From Bacteroidota bacterium (GTDB lineage: Bacteria; Bacteroidota; Bacteroidia; Bacteroidales; UBA12077): a DNA stretch of 63,806 nucleotides. Numbering within the stretch: the stretch's first letter is position 1; the number at the start of each line of letters is the position of its first letter. This document shows positions 9,583-17,594 of the stretch, in pieces. The notes under the pieces are model-generated. The model did not search any database. It worked only from the letters and a program-made list of their open reading frames with translations, and was not told where the DNA came from. The position numbers and the translations under genes were made by a program. Where the stretch lies: assembly GCA_034661075.1 (NCBI GenBank), contig JAYEKP010000088.1, forward strand, positions 1-63,806, written 5' to 3'.

Positions 9583-10273
9583 GAACACTTTTATATTTGT
9601 TTTGCTAGTAGGTTTTGTATTTCTGTTCTTCAATCTTTTTGCTGATTTTACCGGGAATACAGAACTTAATGAGCTTGCCGGCCATTATGCCGGCTCGGGG
9701 CATGAAGAAGTTGGTGCTGCTAACCTTGTAACTGCCGTGATTGTTACTTATCGTGGATTAGACACCTTGGGCGAAGTTACCATTTTGTTCTTATCGGCTG
9801 CCATTGTCAGCTTCTTGCTTAAAATTGAAACCTCAACAACAGATGACCGGAAGCTAAGAGCAACAAGTGAAATTTTGGATACTGCATCCAAAGTTTTAGT
9901 TCCCGTAATTTTTATTTTTGGTATTTATGTTTTTATCAACGGGCACCTTACACCCGGTGGTGGATTTCAAGGGGGAGCAATTATAGCATCAGGCCTTGTA
10001 TTAATATTACTTGCAAAACCAATAAGACGGATTAGCCATAAGCTGATTTCTATTGTTGAATCCATTTCGGGTTTAAGCTTTGTATTATTAGGTGTTGCAG
10101 GAATTCTTTTTGCTGCAGGGTTTTTAGACAATAAAATATTGTCGCTCGGTGAATTCGGAACTATTTTTAGCGCTGGCTTAATCCCTATCATATACATTTT
10201 TGTAGGATTAAAAGTTGGCGCCGAGTTATCGTCAATTATAACTAATTTACAGGAAAATCAGAACGAAGCATAA
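9575..10273 (+). CDS. MnhB-domain membrane subunit (MbhE/F-like)
   Basis: 232 aa. ANLVTAVIVTYRGLDTLGEVTILF and GHLTPGGGFQGGAI motifs of the MnhB family. Confidence 0.82.
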   Translation: MVKNTFIFVLLVGFVFLFFNLFADFTGNTELNELAGHYAGSGHEEVGAANLVTAVIVTYRGLDTLGEVTILFLSAAIVSFLLKIETSTTDDRKLRATSEILDTASKVLVPVIFIFGIYVFINGHLTPGGGFQGGAIIASGLVLILLAKPIRRISHKLISIVESISGLSFVLLGVAGILFAAGFLDNKILSLGEFGTIFSAGLIPIIYIFVGLKVGAELSSIITNLQENQNEA

Positions 10274-10644
10274 TGGAAAACTTAAATATAGAAACCGTAA
10301 CATTAATTACTGGAATAGTCCTTTTACTCATAGGTATATGGGGCTTACTTACCCAAAAAAATCTGATAAAAATGGTGATTGGGTTTGCTTTATTCGATAC
10401 CGGGATACATATTATAATGGTAAGTATCGGATATGTTAAAAATCGCACCGCTCCAATACTCGACCAGGCAGTAAAAACAAACGAAGCAGCAGAAAAAATT
10501 GTAGACCCTGTTCCACAGGCACTCGTTCTTACTGCTATTGTCATCGGGCTGGGAATTACAGCATTAATGCTTGCCTATGTTTTAAAAATGTATCAGAAAA
10601 AGAAATCTTTAGAAATCAATAATTATAACGATTTAAAATGGTAA
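10273..10644 (+). CDS. MnhC/NuoK-like membrane subunit (MbhG-like)
   Basis: 123 aa, 3 TM helices, NuoK/MnhC-like. The start shares 1 nt with the upstream stop (TAATG). Confidence 0.82.
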   Translation: MENLNIETVTLITGIVLLLIGIWGLLTQKNLIKMVIGFALFDTGIHIIMVSIGYVKNRTAPILDQAVKTNEAAEKIVDPVPQALVLTAIVIGLGITALMLAYVLKMYQKKKSLEINNYNDLKW

Positions 10645-13600
10645 GACCTTTATATATTATTGCTATTGCATTAGGAACAGCTTTTTCGTTGGGATTTTTT
10701 AAAAAGGCCAATCGAAATATTCCTTATGCATTCATGTTTTTGGCCATGGCTTTCATGGCATTTATTTCGGGCCAGTGGCTTTATGCTTTTTTAGCCAATC
10801 AGCAAGAAGCGATTCAAATTTTTACAGCAGGTTTTCAACCCCCATTTTCTATTAGCTTGCAAATGGGATTGCACGAAGCGGTTTTTCTGAGTTTGATTAA
10901 TGGAATTGGAGTATTATCTGCAATCTATTTATACGAACAATTCCGGGATAAAGGGGTGCAAATGATGATGGTTTTTATTTTGCTGTTTATGGGATTAAAC
11001 GTAATCATCATGACCCGCGATATTTTTAACCTGTTTGTTTTTCTCGAAATCTCAACCATTGCCCTTATTGGATTAATTTTATTAGAGAAAAAAGAGCATG
11101 CGATGAGTTCGGGATTTAAGTATCTGATTGCATCAGGAATAATAAGCGGGATATTGCTCATCGGAATTATTGCCATCTATTATTACAACGGCACATTATT
11201 CATGAATGACATTATTAGCTCTAACCCGCTTCTTCTAAAGGGTGGTTCAGTAGCTATTTTTCTTACCTTAATAGCAATCGTATTAGAATTAAAACCATTC
11301 CCGGCCAATGGATGGGCTTTAGATGTTTATGAAAGTGCACACCCGGGAGTTGGAGCCATTTTATCTGCCGCAATGGGCACGGCAATGCTATTTGTATTGT
11401 ATAAAATAACTCCCTTCATTGCTGATCCATGGTTTAATGTAATTGCTACCATTGGAATCATCACGTTTATTGGATCAAACCTCTTAGGAATTCAGCAAGA
11501 TAATGCCCAGCGCTTGTTAGGCTACTCTTCCGTAGGGCAGTTAGGATTAATTATGCTTGTTATCGGATTATCACCGTATCTTGGGGATAATTATCTATTT
11601 ATAGGGTTCACCCTTTTAATTAGCCACTTCCTGGCAAAAGCAGGTTTATTTTGGATAGCCGGTATTATCAAACAAAAAAAATTAAAAGGATGGTCTGTGC
11701 TTCGAAAAAAACCACTTTTAATGGTATTGTTTGGTACATTTATTTTTGCATTAATTGGGTTTCCTCCATTCCCATCATTTATGGGAAAATGGGAATTAAT
11801 TATGCAATTATCCCTATCAGGACAACATATATGGATGTTTTTGATTTTAATTGGTTCTTTGTTTGAATCAATATATCTTATAAGATGGTTTAGTGTGTCC
11901 CTTAAAACTGATAATACGGGGTTAAAAACTTTCAAAATTAAGCTTCATTCGATTCTGCCTCCTGCAATTTTTGGAATTGCAATTTATATATTTGGGTATA
12001 TTGCTGGAACATATCTAGATGCAGCAAAAGCTATCAATTATATCCCATTATTATTCATTATTTTTATAGCTTTAATTGATTTCTTACCTGCATGGGTGAA
12101 AAATATTATTTCAATATTTGGAGTTATTTTATATATAATATTTATTTATCCTACAGTAGAAGGTGATTTATTGAGACAAATTTTCCTTGGAATATTTTTA
12201 GGTGGTGCAGTTATAACATTATTTTCTGGATTTTATTATAAGGGTAAACGAGTGGGGTTTTATCCAATGGCATTAGCTATGTTTGCTGGTTTGGCAATGC
12301 TTATTACTGCTACTAATCTGTTTGAGATACTTTATGGTTGGGAATTAATGACAATTGGCTCATATTTTTTACTCATTAGAGGTAAAAAATCACAACCCCA
12401 CGGTTATAGCTATATGATGTTTTCAATTGGAGGTTCTTATGCTATAATGTTTGGATTTGCATTAGCGTTCACTAGTGCTGGAAATTTAGGATTAATTGCA
12501 TTAACTGGCATTAATGTCCTTCCAACTTTAGCATATTCTTTAATTTTATTAGGTTTCATGACAAAAACAGCCTCTTTCGGAGTGCATATATGGTTACCTG
12601 GAGCCCATGGAGAAGCTGTTGCAGATATTCATTTTATGGCATCCGCAATTTTACTTAAAGCCGGTGTGTTTGGAATTATTTTAGTGTTATTCGGAATGGG
12701 TTCTGAAGCAACTTATGCTAAAAATATATTATTAGCTCTTGGTTGGATTGGAGCCATTTCAGCTTTAATTGGAAATATGGCAGCAACATTTCAGGAAAGT
12801 GCAAAACGATTGCTTGCTTGGTCAAGTATTGGACAATTAGGATATATTATTTTTGGTCTTGCCACAATGTCGTATTTAGGTTGGATAGCTGGATTATTTT
12901 ATACCGTAACTCACTTTTTATATAAAGGTGTTTTATTTTTAATTATAGGAGGCATTGCTCTCAAATTAGGAACTCCTCTAATGTACAAAATGGGTGGGCT
13001 AATTAAAAAAATGCCATTTTCTTTTATTGCTGTATTAATTGCGATTATAACTTTGGCTGGAGTACCTCCCCTAGTTGGTTTTGCAGGTAAATGGCTGTTT
13101 TATAATACAATTATTAGCGAAGGTTTTTATTTTCAAGGAGTTGTTGTATTGTTTTCTGGAATAGTTGCATTCCTTTACCTTTTTAGATTAATACATACCA
13201 TTTTTTTAGGCCAGCTTAAAGATGAACATAGATATGTAAAAGAAATATCTCCATGGTTGTTAATTCCTGTATACTTGCTTTTAATAGGTATAATGATAAT
13301 ATCGGCAAGACCGGAAATTATTTTAAAACCTTTAGGAAATTATTTAATTGCCTATTTCCCAAATGGGGCAATTACTTGGAATGGAACAATGGCTAGTACA
13401 GGATTAGGATACTGGAATGGATATTGGGTAATGATAATCATCGGTGTAATGTTTGTATTTGTTCTTGGATGGTTACTTTACACCAATGCCAAAGCACAAA
13501 AAGTAAAACAATTTAACATGGTATACAGTGGCGAAAGGCCATTTACTCCGGAAACAACACATATTGCTCACAATATGTATGCCGGATACAGTAAAGCTTT

Positions 13601-13763
13601 AGGATTTATTGTGGAGCCATATATTACAAGATTCTGGAATAATATGTCTGATGCATTAGTACATTTAGGCGGGCTGATTAAAAGGATATATAATGGCAAT
13701 GGACAAACCTATGCCTTTTACATTATTGCCTATATTGTAATTACATTTTTTCTTGTTTTTTAA
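10638..13763 (+). CDS. Fused double NuoL/M/N (MrpD)-type antiporter-like subunit (MbxH-H'-like fusion)
   Basis: 1041 aa, all membrane. There are two successive proton-conducting-membrane-transporter-like halves. The first contains GYSSVGQLG, and the second contains WLPGAHGEA and WSSIGQLGY. Confidence 0.85.
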   Translation: MVRPLYIIAIALGTAFSLGFFKKANRNIPYAFMFLAMAFMAFISGQWLYAFLANQQEAIQIFTAGFQPPFSISLQMGLHEAVFLSLINGIGVLSAIYLYEQFRDKGVQMMMVFILLFMGLNVIIMTRDIFNLFVFLEISTIALIGLILLEKKEHAMSSGFKYLIASGIISGILLIGIIAIYYYNGTLFMNDIISSNPLLLKGGSVAIFLTLIAIVLELKPFPANGWALDVYESAHPGVGAILSAAMGTAMLFVLYKITPFIADPWFNVIATIGIITFIGSNLLGIQQDNAQRLLGYSSVGQLGLIMLVIGLSPYLGDNYLFIGFTLLISHFLAKAGLFWIAGIIKQKKLKGWSVLRKKPLLMVLFGTFIFALIGFPPFPSFMGKWELIMQLSLSGQHIWMFLILIGSLFESIYLIRWFSVSLKTDNTGLKTFKIKLHSILPPAIFGIAIYIFGYIAGTYLDAAKAINYIPLLFIIFIALIDFLPAWVKNIISIFGVILYIIFIYPTVEGDLLRQIFLGIFLGGAVITLFSGFYYKGKRVGFYPMALAMFAGLAMLITATNLFEILYGWELMTIGSYFLLIRGKKSQPHGYSYMMFSIGGSYAIMFGFALAFTSAGNLGLIALTGINVLPTLAYSLILLGFMTKTASFGVHIWLPGAHGEAVADIHFMASAILLKAGVFGIILVLFGMGSEATYAKNILLALGWIGAISALIGNMAATFQESAKRLLAWSSIGQLGYIIFGLATMSYLGWIAGLFYTVTHFLYKGVLFLIIGGIALKLGTPLMYKMGGLIKKMPFSFIAVLIAIITLAGVPPLVGFAGKWLFYNTIISEGFYFQGVVVLFSGIVAFLYLFRLIHTIFLGQLKDEHRYVKEISPWLLIPVYLLLIGIMIISARPEIILKPLGNYLIAYFPNGAITWNGTMASTGLGYWNGYWVMIIIGVMFVFVLGWLLYTNAKAQKVKQFNMVYSGERPFTPETTHIAHNMYAGYSKALGFIVEPYITRFWNNMSDALVHLGGLIKRIYNGNGQTYAFYIIAYIVITFFLVF

Positions 13764-13781
13764 TTTAAGATTACCATAGCT

Positions 13782-14690
13782 ATGAACGATATTATAGTCA
13801 AACTTTTATGGACATTATTAGGTTTATTCATTGTGCTGAATTGGGGATTGTTAATGGGTGCAACCATGCGAAAAATTGTAGCACGCGTAGCACATAGATA
13901 TGGAATCCCTTTTTATCAACCCTGGCTCGACCTGATTAAATTGTATTCTAACCGTTCATCGATTAGTCATGGTGTCATGTTTTACTTAGGCCCTGTTTTC
14001 AGGCTTGGTGGCGGATTAGGAATTTTCCTTTTTTTACCGCTCATCTATGGTTCTGAGCATTTTAGTAATTTCTCATGGGCCGGTGATTTAGTATTGATTT
14101 TATACTTCCAGTTTTTTGGGATGTTAGGCATGGCCTTAGGTGCAGGCGAAGGGGGGCACCCAAATTCTGTCATTGGAATTACCAGGGGATTAGGACAGTT
14201 TACCACGGTTGAGCTACCATTAACCCTGGCAGTAATATCTATTGCACTCCAATATAATACTCTTTCAATCTCAGAAATAGTAGCAGCACAACAAGGTGGA
14301 TTTCAAAACTGGACCTTAGTTACCAATCCTATTGCCACAGCAGCAGCTATGCTTTCATTACTTGGATTATTCAGACACGCACCTTTTAACTTAGTTATGG
14401 CACCGAATGAAGTTCCTATTGGGCCACCAACCGAGTATCACTCCGCCTTTTTAGGTGTTCTTAGAACCAATGGTGCAATTTTACATGTAGTTGAAGCGGC
14501 GTTATTTATGAATTTGTTTTTTGGGGGAGCAACCCATTGGGTAGAATTTATTGTAAAAACATTCCTGATTTATTTCTGGTCTGTTTTTGTTGGTGTTGTT
14601 TCACCACGTTTCAGAATAGAACAATCGGTAACCTGGTTCTTAAAAATACCTTTAGCGATAGGTATTTTGGCTGTAATTCTTTACATCTAA
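13782..14690 (+). CDS. NuoH/HycD-like membrane subunit (MbxM-like)
   Basis: 302-aa polytopic protein, complex I subunit-1 family-like. Placed before the NuoB-like gene. Confidence 0.8.
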   Translation: MNDIIVKLLWTLLGLFIVLNWGLLMGATMRKIVARVAHRYGIPFYQPWLDLIKLYSNRSSISHGVMFYLGPVFRLGGGLGIFLFLPLIYGSEHFSNFSWAGDLVLILYFQFFGMLGMALGAGEGGHPNSVIGITRGLGQFTTVELPLTLAVISIALQYNTLSISEIVAAQQGGFQNWTLVTNPIATAAAMLSLLGLFRHAPFNLVMAPNEVPIGPPTEYHSAFLGVLRTNGAILHVVEAALFMNLFFGGATHWVEFIVKTFLIYFWSVFVGVVSPRFRIEQSVTWFLKIPLAIGILAVILYI

Positions 14691-14706
14691 TTAAAAATCA
14701 TTTAGC

Positions 14707-15390
14707 ATGTCAGATAATACTAAAAATATAGAAGAAAAAAAGGATAAATTTCTCGCTGAAGAAAACAAAAAAAGAATAGTAACCGGCCCGGATGGGGTAC
14801 AATTTGAAGTAGACCCTTTACAGGATTATTTTTGCGATCAGCGTCCTGTTGCAAAGGATCCCAAAAATAAAGTTATTGAAAAATTTTTAAATTGGGCTCG
14901 GGCAGAATCTTTATGGGTTTTGGGCTTTGGAACCGGCTGTGGGAGTATTGAAATCCCTCCACTACTAACTCCAAGGTTTGATGCTTTTAGATATGGTGTT
15001 CAAATGAGGCCTACTCCCAGACAATCATCGGTACTTATAATTTCCGGATATTTAGCGGTAAAAACATTAAAAAGAGCGATCCGCTCTTACGAGCAAATGC
15101 AAAATCCGAAATATGTACTTGCCTTAGGCAGCTGTACCATTAACGGAGGAATGTACTATGATAGTTATAATACCATTAACCGTTTAGATTATTATTTGCC
15201 GGTAGATGTATATGTGGCCGGTTGTATGCCACGTCCGGAAGCACTATTAGCCGGATTTAATAAACTAAAAGAACGAATAAAAGCCGGAAAAGCTGAAGGA
15301 GCCAACGATTATGCCAACAAATTTGACTGGTACAAAGCCAATCAAAAAAAAATTATTAAAGATTGGAACATGCCTGATTATAATTGGTAA
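14707..15390 (+). CDS. NuoB / hydrogenase small-subunit-like protein (MbxJ-like) with only three cluster cysteines
   Basis: 227 aa. NuoB-like blocks are SLWVLGFGTGCGSIE (canonical FGLACCxxE), PRQSSVLIISG, LGSCTINGGMY and VAGCMPRPE. Only Cys78, Cys143 and Cys173 are present. Confidence 0.85.
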   Translation: MSDNTKNIEEKKDKFLAEENKKRIVTGPDGVQFEVDPLQDYFCDQRPVAKDPKNKVIEKFLNWARAESLWVLGFGTGCGSIEIPPLLTPRFDAFRYGVQMRPTPRQSSVLIISGYLAVKTLKRAIRSYEQMQNPKYVLALGSCTINGGMYYDSYNTINRLDYYLPVDVYVAGCMPRPEALLAGFNKLKERIKAGKAEGANDYANKFDWYKANQKKIIKDWNMPDYNW

Positions 15391-15417
15391 AAACCGAACA
15401 AAGTAAAATATTTAAAA

Positions 15418-15951
15418 ATGAAGGAAATCATTCAAGATATAAAAAAGAGATTCAATTGTACTGATGAGATTGAGCAATCAAAAACGCAGAGTTATATTAC
15501 AGTTCAAAAAGAGTTAGCCATTGCTTTAATTACACATCTAAGAGATATTAAAGGTTTTACACACCTGGTTCTTTTAACGGCTGTAGACTGGATTGAAAAC
15601 AACCAGTTCCAGCTAACCTACATGCTAAATAATCCAACAAAAAAAATTGACTTAGGCGTGCGGGTTTTTATCGACCGCGAAACAGCAACCATGGACAGCG
15701 CACATCATTTATGGGAGCAGATGGCAACCTATCAGCGTGAGTTAAAAGAGATGTTTGGTATTGATTTCCCGGGTAGTCCAAGACTTAACGAACCCTTTAT
15801 ATTAGAAGGATGGGATAACATCCCTCCATACCGTAGAGATTTCGACACCTTAAAATATGCACAGGAAACTTTCTTCCCGCGCGAAGGAAGAGAGACCAAT
15901 GATCCTGCTGAATTTATGAAGAAAAAGATGTATCCCGATGAAGAAAAATAA
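15418..15951 (+). CDS. NuoC-like 30-kDa subunit (MbxK-like)
   Basis: 177 aa. NuoC-type core (LVLLTAVDW..., FGIDFPGSPRL...LEGWD). Overlaps the next gene by 14 nt. Confidence 0.82.
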   Translation: MKEIIQDIKKRFNCTDEIEQSKTQSYITVQKELAIALITHLRDIKGFTHLVLLTAVDWIENNQFQLTYMLNNPTKKIDLGVRVFIDRETATMDSAHHLWEQMATYQRELKEMFGIDFPGSPRLNEPFILEGWDNIPPYRRDFDTLKYAQETFFPREGRETNDPAEFMKKKMYPDEEK

Positions 15952-17128
15952 TAAAATATGGCCAGGCGACCGGTCTAAATACCCGGCTTTTGATGAGAAT
16001 GGAAACCCTATCATCGACTTAAAGTCGCATAAATTAACCAAATTGTGGCATGGGCCTAACCATCCCGGAGTTACAGGAAATATGTCGCTTGAGCTTACCC
16101 TAAGCGGAGATGAAGTAGTGGAAGCGAAAACGCATGTTGGATACTTACACCGTGGATTTGAAAAACTAATGGAACGTCGGTTATATATTCAATGTTTCCC
16201 TACATGTATCAGGATGTGTGTTCCTGAAGCGGACTCAAATGAATATGTTTTGGCAGCATCTATTGAAGATTTAGGGGGAATAGAAATTCCTGAAGCTGCC
16301 TCATGGATGAGAACACTCGTTCTTGAGATGGCCAGATTACAAGTTTTATTAAGAACAGTTCCGGGACAGGCTGCAACTCTTTCATTAGGCATGGGGGCTC
16401 AATGGGGAATGTATTTAAGAGACCTCATACTAGACCGCTTCGAAGAACTCACCGGAGGTCGTATTTATCATATGTTTATTATTCCCGGAGGGGTTCGTGG
16501 ACTATTACCTGCCGGATTCAAAAAACGAATGGAAGAGAATTTAGTAGAGATTGAAGAATTTATCGATAAAATTGAGGATTTAATATTTACCAATGCCATA
16601 TTTAAAAAACGAACTATTGGAATAGGTTACATTGATCCTTCATGGGTAGATAAATATGGCATTGTCGGCCCAAATGCAAGAGCTGCAGGGTATAACCGCG
16701 ATGTTCGAAAAGACTACCCCTATTTAAAATATAATGAACTGGATTTTGAACCTTATGTTGGCAAAGATTCTGATGTATTCACCCGTTCACAAGTAAGAAA
16801 ACATGATTTAATTCAAACGGTTGATTTAATCCGACAAATTCTGGCAAAAGTTCCTGAAAAAGGAGACATTCGGGCAAAAACGCCTAATGTACTACATTGG
16901 CAGCTTCCCAAAGGAGAAACCTATCAAAGAAGTGAATCTTCAAGAGGGGAATATGGTTTATATGTAGTTTCCGATGGTTCCAAATACCCAAGGAGGGTAA
17001 ATCTTAGAGGACCCAGTTATACTCATGCTGTAGCTTTACTCGAAAAATTATTAATCAATGCAAACATTGCTGATGTTCATTCTATCATGGTATCATTACA
17101 AACTTGTCCGCCTGAAATTGAACGATAA
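15938..17128 (+). CDS. NuoD / [NiFe]-hydrogenase large-subunit-like protein (MbxL-like) lacking two of four NiFe cysteine ligands
   Basis: 396 aa. Contains GPNHPG and HVGYLHRGFEKLME blocks. The N-terminal ligand motif reads R-M-C94-V-P-E97 instead of R-x-C-G-x-C. The C-terminus reads Q-T-C390-P-P-E393-I-E-R-stop instead of D-P-C-x-x-C-x-x-R. Confidence 0.85.
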   Translation: MKKNNKIWPGDRSKYPAFDENGNPIIDLKSHKLTKLWHGPNHPGVTGNMSLELTLSGDEVVEAKTHVGYLHRGFEKLMERRLYIQCFPTCIRMCVPEADSNEYVLAASIEDLGGIEIPEAASWMRTLVLEMARLQVLLRTVPGQAATLSLGMGAQWGMYLRDLILDRFEELTGGRIYHMFIIPGGVRGLLPAGFKKRMEENLVEIEEFIDKIEDLIFTNAIFKKRTIGIGYIDPSWVDKYGIVGPNARAAGYNRDVRKDYPYLKYNELDFEPYVGKDSDVFTRSQVRKHDLIQTVDLIRQILAKVPEKGDIRAKTPNVLHWQLPKGETYQRSESSRGEYGLYVVSDGSKYPRRVNLRGPSYTHAVALLEKLLINANIADVHSIMVSLQTCPPEIER

Positions 17129-17145
17129 CTTGTGGTGATTTGTGT

Positions 17146-17568
17146 ATTTGGTTATATGATTATTTGAAAAATTGATATAAATATGAGACTTTATTCTTTT
17201 GAAAAACTTGAAGTATGGAAGTTATCACGAAAATTGAATAAAAATATTTATCAAATTAGTGAGAAATTTCCTGATAGTGAGAAATTTGGATTAACATCTC
17301 AAATAAGAAGAGCTTCAGTTTCAATTTCTTCAAATATTGCAGAGGGAAACTCAAGAAAATCAGGAATTGAACAAGCTAGATTCACAGAATTTGCATTTGG
17401 AAGTTTAATGGAAGTGTTGAATCAACTAATACTTGCTAATGATCTGGAGTTTATTAATGAACAAATTTTAAATAATGAAAGATTATTAATAGAAGAGATA
17501 GGTAATAAGATAAATAAATTGAAAGAAGTTCAATTGAGAAAAGGGCACAATTCTTCATATAACCAAAT
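17146..17568. repeat. 14-bp perfect inverted repeat bracketing the four-helix-bundle gene (arms 17146-17159 ATTTGGTTATATGA and 17555-17568 TCATATAACCAAAT)
   Basis: Read directly. The left arm is 24 nt upstream of the start codon. The right arm lies inside the last codons of the ORF. Confidence 0.8.
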
Positions 17569-17578
17569 CAACAAATAA
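17183..17578 (+). CDS. Four-helix-bundle protein (23S rRNA intervening-sequence protein / Avd-like family)
   Basis: 131 aa. YSFEKLEVWKLSRKL...FGLTSQIRRASVSISSNIAEGNSR...FAFGSLMEV is the family signature as I remember it. It interrupts the L-N gene junction of the operon. Confidence 0.85.
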   Translation: MRLYSFEKLEVWKLSRKLNKNIYQISEKFPDSEKFGLTSQIRRASVSISSNIAEGNSRKSGIEQARFTEFAFGSLMEVLNQLILANDLEFINEQILNNERLLIEEIGNKINKLKEVQLRKGHNSSYNQINK

Positions 17579-17594
17579 TCTAATAAACAATAAA

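Noticed and set aside
15938-17128. Calling the operon a membrane-bound [NiFe] hydrogenase (Mbh/Ech/Hyf-type).
   Set aside because: Only one Cys of each CxxC ligand pair is present (CxxE twice). The small-subunit homologue has three Cys. No hyp or endopeptidase genes are nearby. A hydrogenase-like but non-hydrogenase (Mbx/MBS/Ehr-like) call is better supported.
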